64,000 nt of DNA from a virus, in the IMG/VR virus record IMGVR_UViG_3300032069_000007, positions 1-64,000 of that record; one strand, 5' to 3'. Every line of letters starts with the position of its first letter. The first letter of the stretch is position 1. The notes beneath the pieces were generated by a model, which worked only from the letters and a program-made list of their open reading frames with translations, ran no database searches and had not been told where the DNA came from. Made by a program: the position numbers and the translations under genes. Shown here piece by piece: positions 49,801-57,742 of this stretch.

Positions 49801-51371
49801 ATAGCGCCAACCCCGGAGGCCCTGCCGGGACGACTGTGCGTGATCTGCGGTCAGCGGTATGCCTTTCAGCAGGTCTGCGACTCTCCGGAATGCAAGCAGA
49901 CCAAGAGGGACTGCGACAACCGGCGTTGGTACGACGCGCACGCTGCCGAGATCTCGGCGAGAACTCACGAGGAGCATCTGCGGAATCTCGGAGAGGGAAC
50001 GTGCGAGGTGTGCAAGAGTCAATTCCTCCGCACCAGTCGCCTCCATGTACGCACGTGCTCGGCGGCATGTCGAGCGGAGTGGAAACGCCGTCGGGCCCTG
50101 GCATGGTACTACCAGAACTGCGATGCCATGAAGCACCAGTAACCTCAGTCGAGTTCACAGATGCGCCTGCGTTTGTCTATGACATAACGGTGGAGGAGAA
50201 CCACAACTTCTTCGGCTACGGCCTCCTCGTCTCCAACTGTCTTGTTGATGAGGGTCAGGATATTCTCCGCCGGCTTCATAAAGCCGACAGCCTGATGCAG
50301 CACGCCATCGACGCTCTGTCATATCACACTCCCTATTACATCTATTCCACGGCCGACCCCGTCAAGAACGACTGGTCGGAAGTCCACGACGTTTTGGCAA
50401 AGGTAGCACCCGACCGTTATCCCGCCGCCAGCCGGGAGGAGTTCCACCGCCGTTACGGAATCGACTGCCTCCAGACTCAGCAGGCGCTCAGACAGGAAAT
50501 GCACCCATTCGCCTATGCCGAGCGTATTCCTCTGGGCATCGTGGCAAGCAGGAGGCAGGAGCCAGTGCAGCTCTCTGCCCCAGAGCAATCCGAGTACGAC
50601 GGTGTCCTCCAGGCATATCGAACCGCGCAGACGGCACGGCGCGCCGGAAAGGTAGACGATGCCGTCCCCGCGTTGCGGCAGATGAACCCCCGTGCCTTCG
50701 AGGGCAAAAACGAAGCCGAACAGCGGACAGAGGCGGGGAGGATGTTGCAGTTCCTCTCGGCCGCCAGAGACTCCGCGCTGGACCGAATCGTCAACGCAGG
50801 TTCGGTGCGCGGGGCAGGCGTGCGCATACCGGCCAAACTTGAAACATTGCACGCGTTCGTGCAGTCACGAATAGCAGAGAAGGGCGCTGGCCTCGTCTTC
50901 GCGCACTCGATAGAGGCGCAGAACCAGATCGCGGGATACCTCAAGAGCAAGGGGATCAAGGTGGGCACCCTCTCAGGGTCTGACCCCGGGGCGAAACGCG
51001 AGCGCACGCGCCAGGACTTTCAGGCCGGCAAGTTTGACGTCCTCTGCCTCAGCGATGCTGGATCGACGGGGCTCAACTTGCAGAGGGCCGCATTTTGCTG
51101 TAACTTCGACTCGCCGTATACGGCGAAGACCTACGAGCAGCGGATCGGCCGCATGGAGCGGCTGGGCCAGACCAACCCTGATATGAAGGTTCTGGATCTG
51201 GTTACGACCACTCCCTACGAGCGCGGCCGGAGGCGACTCCTGGAGCGCAAGGGGAAGCTGCGGGAGGCGCTGACCGCGCCTTACGAAATGCTTGATGACA
51301 CCGATTTGGGGAGAGAAATCGCTGAGGCGCGAAGCAGTGAGATCGAGAAGGCAGTACTTAAAGCCGCTTAG
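43812..51371 (+). CDS. giant SNF2-like helicase protein with two inteins
   Basis: [49 protein letters not shown]. Confidence 0.88.
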   Translation: MATVVKVLGRQGNRLNIARRECSCEVKLPFGLRFTDGGKMHRVHVCPQCERLHGYEDIRKGTLLRSQVVFAPGLPLLSKALELKAGQRWVTLHPDAENPENYVHVLIQEHPDGTASVIRGAEGKLNYLRLTKLKSPEDWQESGKRLAEERERRRKEREAAMTEEERQTTHDVEAGILARKELEDAKYVSQVMEAHGIGESDWKLEEKTLVALPGKSREMAEKQHLRKMVTVANKLVDRTRKDLLDAHDRLAEAELGDMPLGDVGIERPLEGKGSGYIAAVENAAEAAGLSVRQKIAEKEDISWRGFLDRSDGDPLKAAEKLAAVQRLHAALREVREPIKELRTAGLLDRPLKPELPPTEKIADILVAQKQHTDYERQYRQVKGEIEEHGVPKAALEVVTELRPEEVEEIIRAAAAKPLDEEAAKDKVAEELAEDAMQRAAERLLATADKEEALQPLRKYVTMGHYDSLNRSCLAATRTPLPLGRLQADILGPEASAQVLAAHLRETLSDTDYRAALHGVANYHRNYQRQASEQALQSYASTKQQADELSERPISDIGSLVEAQVANADRIDLVDEARETLGVALGRLEATAALVQALELQHARKGVPEELRVPLGAISNQQAIAQARVLGLSHPVMEEMEPGVEPDYRIDSDGVNKFLTILPNGAAKLVTKPDRELAEKHALATEIKSGRRDQRHWLPAGIVSRPQSTFEDPEKRAVQFSEPLELRPKMRYAEVNRGLKHYIARRLADGQDPESLRSDLLSAEFTADLPDDLLGDGGGSYYKALSDLGWFTYNQVENKSPEGLEAIAEHAVEEYEREHGASEEVAALNSQSIPLKDSPVCYEALYRAVAAHPEARVAFKALSELTPEERGLIQRFFYRVMTEEKSPQEEAEEKRLTARPTQAPARQEALWAEQEVPAETTEARKPAKPGRETPWTRYVKAQGSVQHAYESVQDVMRGAVSAQFAKHMGGILGRELKTGNKRIANWDDHLLGLVSPERQQQLLEARQAEMARKHARVATRARGKFATEERLGIRRERAEALDRAIRGAALSLFKEKPLPAIERVTIGARAEKQLQSIFPYVAQNFEVDRPVDIPHDVNMSEGEMVKQQRAVKLIEGLKRLSLNLGVGTGKTLVALGSFSDLQARGAVNRAIFAVPASLTAQFGCVRGDTELCDPIRGLTMTFEEWLLSGLRPFVWTRAAGGQVTIELASRPFLKGLDRMYRVETDDGASIVVTAKHRFLTPKGWRPLCELPVGSLVSCAVALKRATSDAHGGSRATGDYRSGCHPFGHYGDERAHPAPDNGQRAFPLSGGARDSNPVNLPEGGPAQTTRCSQQNAESDLPSSCLPFRPCDGWHCRVLERRASSGEAEPHPRLRRYPKCGLSPNTTAPAQPTLATARRSTRTQVACARSGGVSAFDEGRSLVLSQSNEPAKIAISLLERSGGGRSHLWNEVDDQCAEPRKAQEPSPDEPSSSDSSRSAVTSKCRFDPRQPNPAVADPGRRRILGDLAESVPIQASAAEACAVQGRIGAPSKPATFPGCGSASMPFHQPVSSVGSCTQYSTIRNISEVGLALVFDIAVARTHNYWAGGFWNHNSEALRFYEPGRFKWFADPTASAEDRRAAYTDPDRQICVVTHQALRDDLVWAVGQDRFGGNVRKAEDWMRAAPEDERRHEVRAAAEKQGWKWDMCLPYEAPVAMADGTTRRIGDLVESRSSDPVLSLNLQSGRLEAKSVSDWLRLECPHPQLYRILAGEASVICTGDHKIWTLGRGYVRACEVRVGDRLLALQPTDSLLELEHDTLNRGDRNGSEGYVGRNASGRCLDGPERCRDAASNDQALSRARGLSIPQVRSTEINMPICAEVRQERGMGRRPLGLSDELPGLVAAVPGDDVARREASDCRRREGSLDPGGTGLLVYGRRFAVERVCHTQHTQVFAGRSTEAAILDPPTVRDRGSGTLRPKARPVLYGDAQRGDAPVCGTSESPRAGVHEIQAECAECGVAAVHSANPGGPAGTTVRDLRSAVCLSAGLRLSGMQADQEGLRQPALVRRARCRDLGENSRGASAESRRGNVRGVQESIPPHQSPPCTHVLGGMSSGVETPSGPGMVLPELRCHEAPVTSVEFTDAPAFVYDITVEENHNFFGYGLLVSNCLVDEGQDILRRLHKADSLMQHAIDALSYHTPYYIYSTADPVKNDWSEVHDVLAKVAPDRYPAASREEFHRRYGIDCLQTQQALRQEMHPFAYAERIPLGIVASRRQEPVQLSAPEQSEYDGVLQAYRTAQTARRAGKVDDAVPALRQMNPRAFEGKNEAEQRTEAGRMLQFLSAARDSALDRIVNAGSVRGAGVRIPAKLETLHAFVQSRIAEKGAGLVFAHSIEAQNQIAGYLKSKGIKVGTLSGSDPGAKRERTRQDFQAGKFDVLCLSDAGSTGLNLQRAAFCCNFDSPYTAKTYEQRIGRMERLGQTNPDMKVLDLVTTTPYERGRRRLLERKGKLREALTAPYEMLDDTDLGREIAEARSSEIEKAVLKAA
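47524..48468 (-). CDS. HTH-repeat HNH endonuclease encoded antisense within intein 1
   Basis: Four ~45-aa HTH repeats, G....[39 protein letters not shown]. Confidence 0.88.
   Translation of the reverse strand: MSQPTKQVDETALRRYHSQGRSLAWMERQFGLARHTLRRRLLELGLTPPSLPEYAAVPDQQLRDWVAEDRTCIWMSRQTGRSQSYLARRVRALGLSEALRTGRRPHSIDENDLRRFVQEGRSLSWLARYFGTTQATVLRRMRKLRLNGRRPPGYEWSDERLRELAEQGRSCSEIARILDNGASEDAVRLRLKKLDVPRLGNANRHKGEKANNWKGGRIRRSAGYIALFVPDHPQANSLGYYLEHRLIMEKHVGRYLEPDELVHHRNGQKDDNRIDNLQLLGSHREHRLLHASERRRKKQASRRATRTTASNPSA
48475..48503 (-). promoter_or_regulatory. antisense promoter for nested HNH (leaderless)
   Basis: TTCCGA-17bp-TATACT with TG extension; ATG 6 nt later. Confidence 0.65.
49151..49179 (+). 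promoter_or_regulatory. internal promoter for nested LAGLIDADG gene
   Basis: TTTACA-17bp-TAGAAT with TG extension; SD GGGGTGA at 49201. Confidence 0.72.
49213..50142 (+). CDS. LAGLIDADG homing endonuclease with C-terminal Zn ribbons, in +1 frame within intein 2
   Basis: [11 protein letters not shown]...[24 protein letters not shown]; CVICG, CEVC...TCSAAC. Confidence 0.9.
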   Translation: MAVRDMLVGTLLGDASMGQSAAGTPRVTIKHCPAQEDYLFHKYDRLRSICPSAPKFVRNGGWGGDLWVFQTSCLDWLRQYREMMWRDGRRRIADAVKDHLTPEALGYWYMDDGSLSNGCATLSTHRYLREDQRKLRSWIRQLYEIEVLERYDRRHDRFYMAMRREATRRFVALLSPHVPESMRYKLNVPNAELLPYIAPTPEALPGRLCVICGQRYAFQQVCDSPECKQTKRDCDNRRWYDAHAAEISARTHEEHLRNLGEGTCEVCKSQFLRTSRLHVRTCSAACRAEWKRRRALAWYYQNCDAMKHQ

Positions 51372-51372
51372 T

Positions 51373-51639
51373 ATGGATCACCAAGAGGTTCGTAAGATGC
51401 TTGGTTGGCAGCGGCAACTAGCCCTTATATTCGACGCGTTCGAGCGTGTGCGTTGGGCCGAGGTCATGCGAGAACTTCGGAGGCTCGTCTCCGGCGGCAC
51501 AAGAATGGCTGAGGTGATGCAGCACTGGGTTATCGTCGAAGATGCGTGCGGTCTACGCCTGATGACGCGCGAGCGGGCGGAGGCCGAGTTGGAGGCTTGT
51601 GTCGTGATTCCGCAGGACTTGTACAGACCGCACGGATAA
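51373..51639 (+). CDS. small hypothetical protein
   Basis: ATG immediately after helicase stop. Confidence 0.5.
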   Translation: MDHQEVRKMLGWQRQLALIFDAFERVRWAEVMRELRRLVSGGTRMAEVMQHWVIVEDACGLRLMTRERAEAELEACVVIPQDLYRPHG

Positions 51640-51669
51640 GATCGTCACTCATTGACAACTGAATAAGCC

Positions 51670-51713
51670 GAACTGTCGAGGACAAGGGGCTTCGAGAGCT
51701 GAACTGTCGAGGA
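51670..51713 (+). repeat. 13-bp direct repeat GAACTGTCGAGGA (31-bp period)
   Basis: Copies at 51670 and 51701. Confidence 0.8.
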
Positions 51714-51716
51714 TAG

Positions 51717-51752
51717 AGCGCTCACCCTCCCGTTGGGGGTGGGCGCTTTTTT
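51717..51752 (+). terminator. intrinsic terminator
   Basis: AGCGCTCACCCTC/GGGGGTGGGCGCT stem followed by T tract. Confidence 0.8.
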
Positions 51753-51770
51753 GTTCCCGGGAGGAGGGCA

Positions 51771-52076
51771 ATGGCAAAGAAGCAAGAGCCACAGGACTCA
51801 ACAGAACGGCTGCGGGGCGCGATGGCGGACTCTGCTGTCCGCCTCTCGCACAGCAGGCATCGTGCGGAGGTCATAGCCGGATGTGCAGACAGGCTGCATG
51901 ACCGGGCCGCAGAGCGGATCGGCGAGCTGCGCCAACTTATCGCTGCGGCCAGGTCTGACGCGGATCGCGAGGCGCTGGAAGGCGAGTACCTGACCTTACT
52001 CGCGGCGCGGGCCCGGGCGGCGCAAGTCAAGGGCCTGGCACAGCGTGACGTAGAGCGGCTCTCGGGGGTGGCGTGA
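51771..52076 (+). CDS. small helical hypothetical protein
   Basis: RBS ggaggagg. Confidence 0.6.
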   Translation: MAKKQEPQDSTERLRGAMADSAVRLSHSRHRAEVIAGCADRLHDRAAERIGELRQLIAAARSDADREALEGEYLTLLAARARAAQVKGLAQRDVERLSGVA

Positions 52077-52077
52077 C

Positions 52078-52707
52078 ATGATTGCGCAGGACCCAACCCA
52101 CCAATCCACGCCGCACGAGTTGTTCGACCGCTACCAGATGCTCGCCCACAAAATGGCCGGCCTCGCCAAGGTTGACCCAGAGACGAGAAGAGACCTGGAC
52201 CAAGAGGCCCTGATCGCTCTCTATGAAGCCAGCCAGAAGTACGATGCCGGACGTAGGTTGCCATTCCCCAGTTTTGCGCGCATCTACATCCGGGGGAGGA
52301 TAAATCACTATCTTCGCGACCACCTCGACATGATCCGAACGCCCTGCCGTGTCTGGGAGGGGGGCGGCCCACCAGTGCCCTGTATTTTGGAAGCCGACTA
52401 CGGCTTCCAGACGCTACAGAAACAAGCAGATTTTGACGGGTACGACTGGCACCCGGGCCTCGATAATCTGCCGGACCAGGGACGGGGGCAAGTCCTCAGG
52501 GCGATAACGAGAGCTCTGGCCGCGATCCGAGTAAGCGCAGTCGACCGCCGGATACTAGCCGCAGTTTTCTTGGAGGAACGCGAGCCGGAGGAGACCGCGA
52601 AGGTCCTCGGGGTCGCTCCTCAGCGGGTGCAGGATGCCATAGACAGGCACCTCGGCAAGCTCAGATGGAGGGTGGCCCAGATGCTGGAGTTCTATGCGGC
52701 ACTTTAA
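52078..52707 (+). CDS. phage-encoded sigma70-family sigma factor (regions 2 and 4)
   Basis: DL.QEA.IAL.EA..KYD......F.SFA...IRG.I.HYLRD; C-terminal HTH E.AK.LGV. Confidence 0.85.
   Translation: MIAQDPTHQSTPHELFDRYQMLAHKMAGLAKVDPETRRDLDQEALIALYEASQKYDAGRRLPFPSFARIYIRGRINHYLRDHLDMIRTPCRVWEGGGPPVPCILEADYGFQTLQKQADFDGYDWHPGLDNLPDQGRGQVLRAITRALAAIRVSAVDRRILAAVFLEEREPEETAKVLGVAPQRVQDAIDRHLGKLRWRVAQMLEFYAAL
52695..52707 (+). promoter_or_regulatory. conserved motif copy 4, upstream of prohead protease
   Basis: TGCGGCACTTTAA. Confidence 0.65.
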
Positions 52708-52793
52708 AGGTGGTAACGTCACGGCTGCACCTGCGGCCGGGGTTAGGTATCCCGTCAGGGGTAGACCGGCCCCGGCCGTGGGGCTTGACCTAT

Positions 52794-54974
52794 ATGGCAC
52801 AAGAAAGCTTCAACATCCCACTTGAGATCGTCAAGGCCGAGCGGACCTCAGACGGCCAGATGCGCATTCACGGCATCGCGAGCGACGAGAGCCTCGACCT
52901 GCAGAACGAGGTCGTCAAGGCAAGCGGCCTGGCCGAGTCCCTCGAATACCTCAAGACCTGGGGCAAGTTCAACGACGACCATAAGCGGATTTTTCTCGGC
53001 GATATAGATCAAGCTGAGATTACGACACGCGGGGCGCTTGCGGCAAAAGGCCTGCCCTGCAGGCCGGACCAGGTTAGCACGCCGTGTGTCTACGTTGCTG
53101 GCTATCTCTTCCCCAAGGTCGCCAGGGCGAGACACTATTGGGACGTAATCCAGTCCGGTGGCCGGGTCGGGATGTCGGTACAGGGAAGACCGCTTGCTGC
53201 GCCGATAACCGTCAAGAGCGGGGACGGCCAAAGCGAGCACCGCATGTGGACTAAACTCTTCGCCAACCAGGTTGCACTGACTGTCCAGCCCATCAATACC
53301 TCCACATGGGTCGGAATACAGAAGAGTTTTGAAAGGAAGTTTGGTGTCAAGATACCGAGGCGCCTGCGTTGCATATCCCGCAAGGTAGTGCCGGGTCGAA
53401 AACAGCGACTGTACGAGTTCGCCTCTTCGACTCCCGGGATTCACGCGGGGCAACTCGCCGATGGACTGCGCCGAAAAGGCCATGTGGTAAGCGTCCATCC
53501 CGCGCCTGTGAACCTGGGCATGCCGCACGTGATAACGACCCGCACCAACCGGGGCACTGAATATCGATTCCATATCTACCAGCGCTTCGGGAGGTCGCTC
53601 GGCACCGGCAGCGCCATAGTGGGCCCGGGCACGCCTGAGCCTGCAGGCGCTGCCCTTCGGACTCAGAGCCTAGAAGGGGCGGTTAAACGACTGACACCGA
53701 GGCTGACCATCAAGAAGAAGAGGAAAAAGAAAATGCAGAAATCCATTGAAAGGCGCGAGGACGTGTCCGCGGCCGAGAAGAAGCGCGCCGCCGGCGAATA
53801 TGGCGACGTGACCTACGCCGATCCGGTCAACAAGAAGTACCCACTGGACGCCGAGCACATCCACGCAGCGATAGCCTACTTTTCCAAGCCTAAGAACCAG
53901 GCGAAGTACTCGCCGGAGGAGCGGAAGCTCATGTGGGGGCGCATCAGGCGGGCGGCGAAGAAGCACGGCGTCGAGATGGCGAGCAAGAGTTTCGGCGAGC
54001 GATGGGGCATTGTCAAGGGACTAATAGACGACGAGCGATATGGATCGCACGTTGCGGCCGAGGCAGGAGTGAAGCACATCGGCACGCGGCACGACCCTGG
54101 CGAGACTGCGGATAACCCCAATGTTCATCATACCTATCGCTCGAAGAACCCCAAGTCTGGTGCTGAAGCCATTCAGTATCACCTCAACCGATACGCGAAT
54201 AGACGCGATGCTCTGCGGGTTGAGCATGACCCGAACGGCCAGTGGTCGAAAATCGTGCATACCAGGCCCGGACTCCCGACCCACACGCACCTCGTTACAA
54301 GAGGTAGGCACGTTCAGAAATCACAGGGCTACGACGGGCAGTACGACCTCACGCAATGCGTTTCCGAGGAGGAGGCAAAGAGTCAAGTGCCAACTTTAGA
54401 TTTTCAGTCCATCGGGACGATGACGCCGGGCGAGATCGTGAAGGCGTGGCGGTCGGTTACACAGCCGAAAGAGGCAGTCCTGCACCCGCCCGAAGAGCTC
54501 AGGGCCTACAAGGTGGCCTTGGGAGCGGCCGCCCGCGAGCACAGTCCCGCCTGGGCTGCGGGAATCGCGAAATCCCAGGGCTGGTCGCCAGCGGCCGATA
54601 TGACGGAACTTGACATCGGCGTCTGGATGGCACTCGCCGAGATGTCAGAAGACGATGTCGCCAAGGCCATTTCCAGGGGCGAGGCAGAGGTCTGCAAGTC
54701 GCTTTCGGCAGGCTACGGCCTGGACCAAGCCACAGTCCATGACGGTTGGCAGGACCTGCTCAAGAAAGCGGTCGCCGGAAACCAGTCGGGGTGTGACCTC
54801 GAGGCACCGGAGAAGCCGCTTGACGACAGCCGATCTCAAGGCGAACTGCCGGATGAGAAGAAGCGCAAAAAGAAAAAGCCGACCGAACCGGGCGACAACG
54901 ATCTGGAAGGCGTGCCCGATCCGCCGGAGAAGCCACTCGACGATAGCCGCTCGCAGGGGAAGTTTCCGAGTTAG
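52794..54974 (+). CDS. prohead protease with long multidomain C-terminal extension (includes DUF6582-like domain)
   Basis: GIASDESLDLQNE, GKFNDDH, GMSVQG, VALT..P.N; YADP..KKYPLD..H..AA..YF. Confidence 0.82.
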   Translation: MAQESFNIPLEIVKAERTSDGQMRIHGIASDESLDLQNEVVKASGLAESLEYLKTWGKFNDDHKRIFLGDIDQAEITTRGALAAKGLPCRPDQVSTPCVYVAGYLFPKVARARHYWDVIQSGGRVGMSVQGRPLAAPITVKSGDGQSEHRMWTKLFANQVALTVQPINTSTWVGIQKSFERKFGVKIPRRLRCISRKVVPGRKQRLYEFASSTPGIHAGQLADGLRRKGHVVSVHPAPVNLGMPHVITTRTNRGTEYRFHIYQRFGRSLGTGSAIVGPGTPEPAGAALRTQSLEGAVKRLTPRLTIKKKRKKKMQKSIERREDVSAAEKKRAAGEYGDVTYADPVNKKYPLDAEHIHAAIAYFSKPKNQAKYSPEERKLMWGRIRRAAKKHGVEMASKSFGERWGIVKGLIDDERYGSHVAAEAGVKHIGTRHDPGETADNPNVHHTYRSKNPKSGAEAIQYHLNRYANRRDALRVEHDPNGQWSKIVHTRPGLPTHTHLVTRGRHVQKSQGYDGQYDLTQCVSEEEAKSQVPTLDFQSIGTMTPGEIVKAWRSVTQPKEAVLHPPEELRAYKVALGAAAREHSPAWAAGIAKSQGWSPAADMTELDIGVWMALAEMSEDDVAKAISRGEAEVCKSLSAGYGLDQATVHDGWQDLLKKAVAGNQSGCDLEAPEKPLDDSRSQGELPDEKKRKKKKPTEPGDNDLEGVPDPPEKPLDDSRSQGKFPS

Positions 54975-54984
54975 CCGCAGAAGA

Positions 54985-55003
54985 TGCGGCACTTTAGTAG
55001 TGC
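54985..55003 (+). promoter_or_regulatory. conserved motif copy 5, upstream of scaffold/capsid
   Basis: TGCGGCACTTTAGTAGTGC. Confidence 0.68.
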
Positions 55004-55044
55004 AGATAGCCGTGGCGTGCCTGTGATGCAGGAGGTACGCAGTT

Positions 55045-55683
55045 ATGGGAAAGCGTAAGGACGAAGACGTCGACGACATCCTCGATCGCCAAGCTGAGGA
55101 CGAGGACGAGGAAGAGTTGGAAGGCGAAGGCGACGAGGAGGAAGAGGGCGACGAGGAGGAAGAGGGCAACGAGGAAGAGACCGAGGAGGAAAAGAGGCGT
55201 TCGGCCAAGCGCAAGTCCCTCACAGATATTCTGAGGGAGGACGAGCAGTCGGCTGAGGCGCTCGACGTTGCACCGTTCCTCACGGAACTGTCCCAGGCCA
55301 TCGGCAAGTCGCTTGAGACGATGGAGGGCCAGATCGTCAAGAAGCTCACCAAGCACATCGATTCCCGGCTCGCCGAGATCGGAGACGCGGTGCTTGACCA
55401 GGGCGCGACCGTCAAGGAACAGGCCGAACTCATGAAGAGCTTTGGGGAGGCCATTGAGCAGATCGGGAAGGAGCCGCAGGCGCGAAAGAGCAAGCCCTAC
55501 GGCGTCAACACACCTCTGATCGAGAAGTCGGACGGTGGCCGCTCGCGCGAGGAGATGCAGAAGCTCATCATGAAGGCGTGCCAGGATAGGAAGCTGGAGG
55601 CCGACTGGGTCACCAGGGCAGAGGACCCCGCGTACCCGGACGACCTTCTTGCCAAGGCACTGGCCAGCATCGCCGTCGAGTAA
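55045..55683 (+). CDS. putative capsid scaffolding protein
   Basis: Acidic, coiled-coil, many KS sites, P..RKS motif; between protease and capsid genes. Confidence 0.7.
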   Translation: MGKRKDEDVDDILDRQAEDEDEEELEGEGDEEEEGDEEEEGNEEETEEEKRRSAKRKSLTDILREDEQSAEALDVAPFLTELSQAIGKSLETMEGQIVKKLTKHIDSRLAEIGDAVLDQGATVKEQAELMKSFGEAIEQIGKEPQARKSKPYGVNTPLIEKSDGGRSREEMQKLIMKACQDRKLEADWVTRAEDPAYPDDLLAKALASIAVE

Positions 55684-55772
55684 CCGCAGTGTGACAACCG
55701 AGCAGCCCCACGTTACCAGAGCAGCCGTAGTTTGACGTTGCCCACGAATACTACGCAAAGGAGGAAGCGTCA

Positions 55773-57257
55773 ATGATTGGCGTTTCAGACCAGTTCGTGG
55801 GTCTTGCGAACTACACGGACCTGATGGGGGGCTTCGGAATCTCCAGCGCCTTCGAGGTGCAGGAGCTCCAGAAGGCCCTGACAACCGGGCAGGATATCGT
55901 CGCGGCCGGCCCACAGGGCGGCCAGGCGCTTCGAGTACAAAGCCTGGAAAATACGCTTAAACTTCTCACGTACAGGGCTTCAGATTTGGCCCTGTGGCAG
56001 AGGATGGCGAAGAAGACGGCGTTCTCGACTGTCGAGGAGTACAGCCGATTGGACAAGCTGGCGATTGAGATGCCGGCGTTCGTCGGTGAGAACCCGGACC
56101 AGAACGTAGCCGCCGAGCGGTGGGTCGAACAGGACCAGAGCTATAGCCGACAGGTCGCAACCGTGCGGTTCATGGCCATCAAGAAGGCCGTGACCCTCGC
56201 CGCGACGTTCGTGCGGAACATCGTCCAGGACATCGAGGCGCACCAGACCCAGATAGGAACTCTGGAGCTCCTGGGGCGCGTCGAGGCTGGGATGTTTTAC
56301 TCCGACAACCGGGTGAACCTGTTGGCCTGGGACGGCTACCCGGCGTTGATGCAGAAGTTCACGGGCGTCGTGCCGTACACCGGCACCTACAACAGCGTGG
56401 CGTACACCACTGCCGCGTGGCCGAGCGGTGACTTCAAGGACATCATCGTCGACTGCGAGGGCAACCCGCTCTCGGAGGAGTATCTGGAACTCGGGCAGCA
56501 GATCACGAGAACCCACTACGGAAAGCTCGACGTGCTCTTCATGAGTCCGAGGGCGAAGTCCGATCTCTACAAGCAGCTCTATCCTGCTCAGCGGATAATG
56601 ATGCCGCCCACTCCGGATGGCCGCGTTGGGATCAACTTCAGCTTCTACATGGGTTCCAACGGAGAGTCGGAGCTCCTTTCCGACGTGTTCATTGGACTCC
56701 GAAGGCCGAAGGCTGTTGCGGATAGCGGCGCTCCGACCGCGCCCCAGAACGGCACCAACATCACGATTGCAGCGGCCTCGTCCGCCACATCGAAGCTGGA
56801 GACCGACACCTACTACTACTATCTCTCGAGCGTCGACGGACAAGGCCGGGAGTCAGTCACGACGTCGAAGAACCAGGCGGCGACAGTCGGCCAGAAGATA
56901 ACCCTGACCGTCAAGACGGCGTCCTGGCAGACAGGCGCGGTTCAGTGCCGGGTCTACAGGAACAAGGGCACTGACGATATCACGAAGGCATCGCTGATCG
57001 TGACGCTGCCGAAGCCTGACAGCGGCGACATCGCCTACGTGGACGAGAACCAGTCGAGGGAGAACTGCTCAATTGCGATGGGGTTCACCTGGGACGCCGA
57101 TCAGGTGGTTGCGTTCAAGCAACTCGCACCGCTGATGAAGCTCCCCTTGGCCATCGTCAGCACGGCCAAGCCCTTCTTGATCCTACTGTACGGCACTCCG
57201 GTGCTGTACGCTCCGAGCAAGTGCATCCTCTATTCCAACGTAGGGATGCTGACGTAG
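55773..57257 (+). CDS. major capsid protein (SPO1/Twort-like)
   Basis: LQKALTTG, GGQALRVQSLE..LK.LT, STVEEY, inserted Ig-like domain, LAPLMKLPLA, LLYG.P. Confidence 0.9.
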   Translation: MIGVSDQFVGLANYTDLMGGFGISSAFEVQELQKALTTGQDIVAAGPQGGQALRVQSLENTLKLLTYRASDLALWQRMAKKTAFSTVEEYSRLDKLAIEMPAFVGENPDQNVAAERWVEQDQSYSRQVATVRFMAIKKAVTLAATFVRNIVQDIEAHQTQIGTLELLGRVEAGMFYSDNRVNLLAWDGYPALMQKFTGVVPYTGTYNSVAYTTAAWPSGDFKDIIVDCEGNPLSEEYLELGQQITRTHYGKLDVLFMSPRAKSDLYKQLYPAQRIMMPPTPDGRVGINFSFYMGSNGESELLSDVFIGLRRPKAVADSGAPTAPQNGTNITIAAASSATSKLETDTYYYYLSSVDGQGRESVTTSKNQAATVGQKITLTVKTASWQTGAVQCRVYRNKGTDDITKASLIVTLPKPDSGDIAYVDENQSRENCSIAMGFTWDADQVVAFKQLAPLMKLPLAIVSTAKPFLILLYGTPVLYAPSKCILYSNVGMLT

Positions 57258-57285
57258 GTGACCTAGACGAGGGCGGCAGAAACTG

Positions 57286-57318
57286 GGGCCGGAGGCGGAG
57301 GACCAGGACCTCCGGCCC
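57286..57318 (+). other. 10-bp stem-loop after capsid gene (no U tract)
   Basis: GGGCCGGAGG...CCTCCGGCCC. Confidence 0.55.
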
Positions 57319-57339
57319 TGGGCCCTCCAGGAGGATAGC

Positions 57340-57735
57340 ATGAGAGAAAAGGTAGCACGGTACGACATGGCGACGGCGCTCGGCTACAGGCCCGCAGGCG
57401 TCACGATCGTGAACTTGGAGAAGCTCGGAACCATCAGTGCAGCGGATGGGCTGGACTACTTCGTCGTTCCCTACAAAGGTGAAATCGTCCATGCGCAGAT
57501 GAGCTTGAGTAGCACCGGCGGGACCAGCGGGACCAACACGGCCGAGCTTAACCTGAACGGCGTTGCGCAGTTCACAGGGAGCATCGATTGGAACGCCTCG
57601 GTCAAGTACAAAGACCTGGGCGTCAGGGCCATCAAAGTCAAGAAGGGAGACATTCTCCACCTTGATATCAACGCTGTGGCAACTAGCGGGTCACCAGCCG
57701 ATATGAGGCTGAAGTTGCTCCTTGCCCTCAGTTAA
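57340..57735 (+). CDS. putative head decoration/structural protein
   Basis: RBS aggagg; beta-sandwich composition; follows capsid gene. Confidence 0.6.
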   Translation: MREKVARYDMATALGYRPAGVTIVNLEKLGTISAADGLDYFVVPYKGEIVHAQMSLSSTGGTSGTNTAELNLNGVAQFTGSIDWNASVKYKDLGVRAIKVKKGDILHLDINAVATSGSPADMRLKLLLALS

Positions 57736-57742
57736 GGAGACG

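Larger units (their letters stand above)
48861..50237 (+). mobile_element. intein 2 (459 aa) immediately before Walker B
   Basis: Starts CLPYEA, block B CTGDHKI, ends [18 protein letters not shown] followed by Cys; removal restores WDM-CLVDEGQ. Confidence 0.9.

Noticed and set aside
51670-51713. CRISPR-like mini array
   Set aside because: Only two 13-bp repeats with an 18-bp spacer and no cas genes
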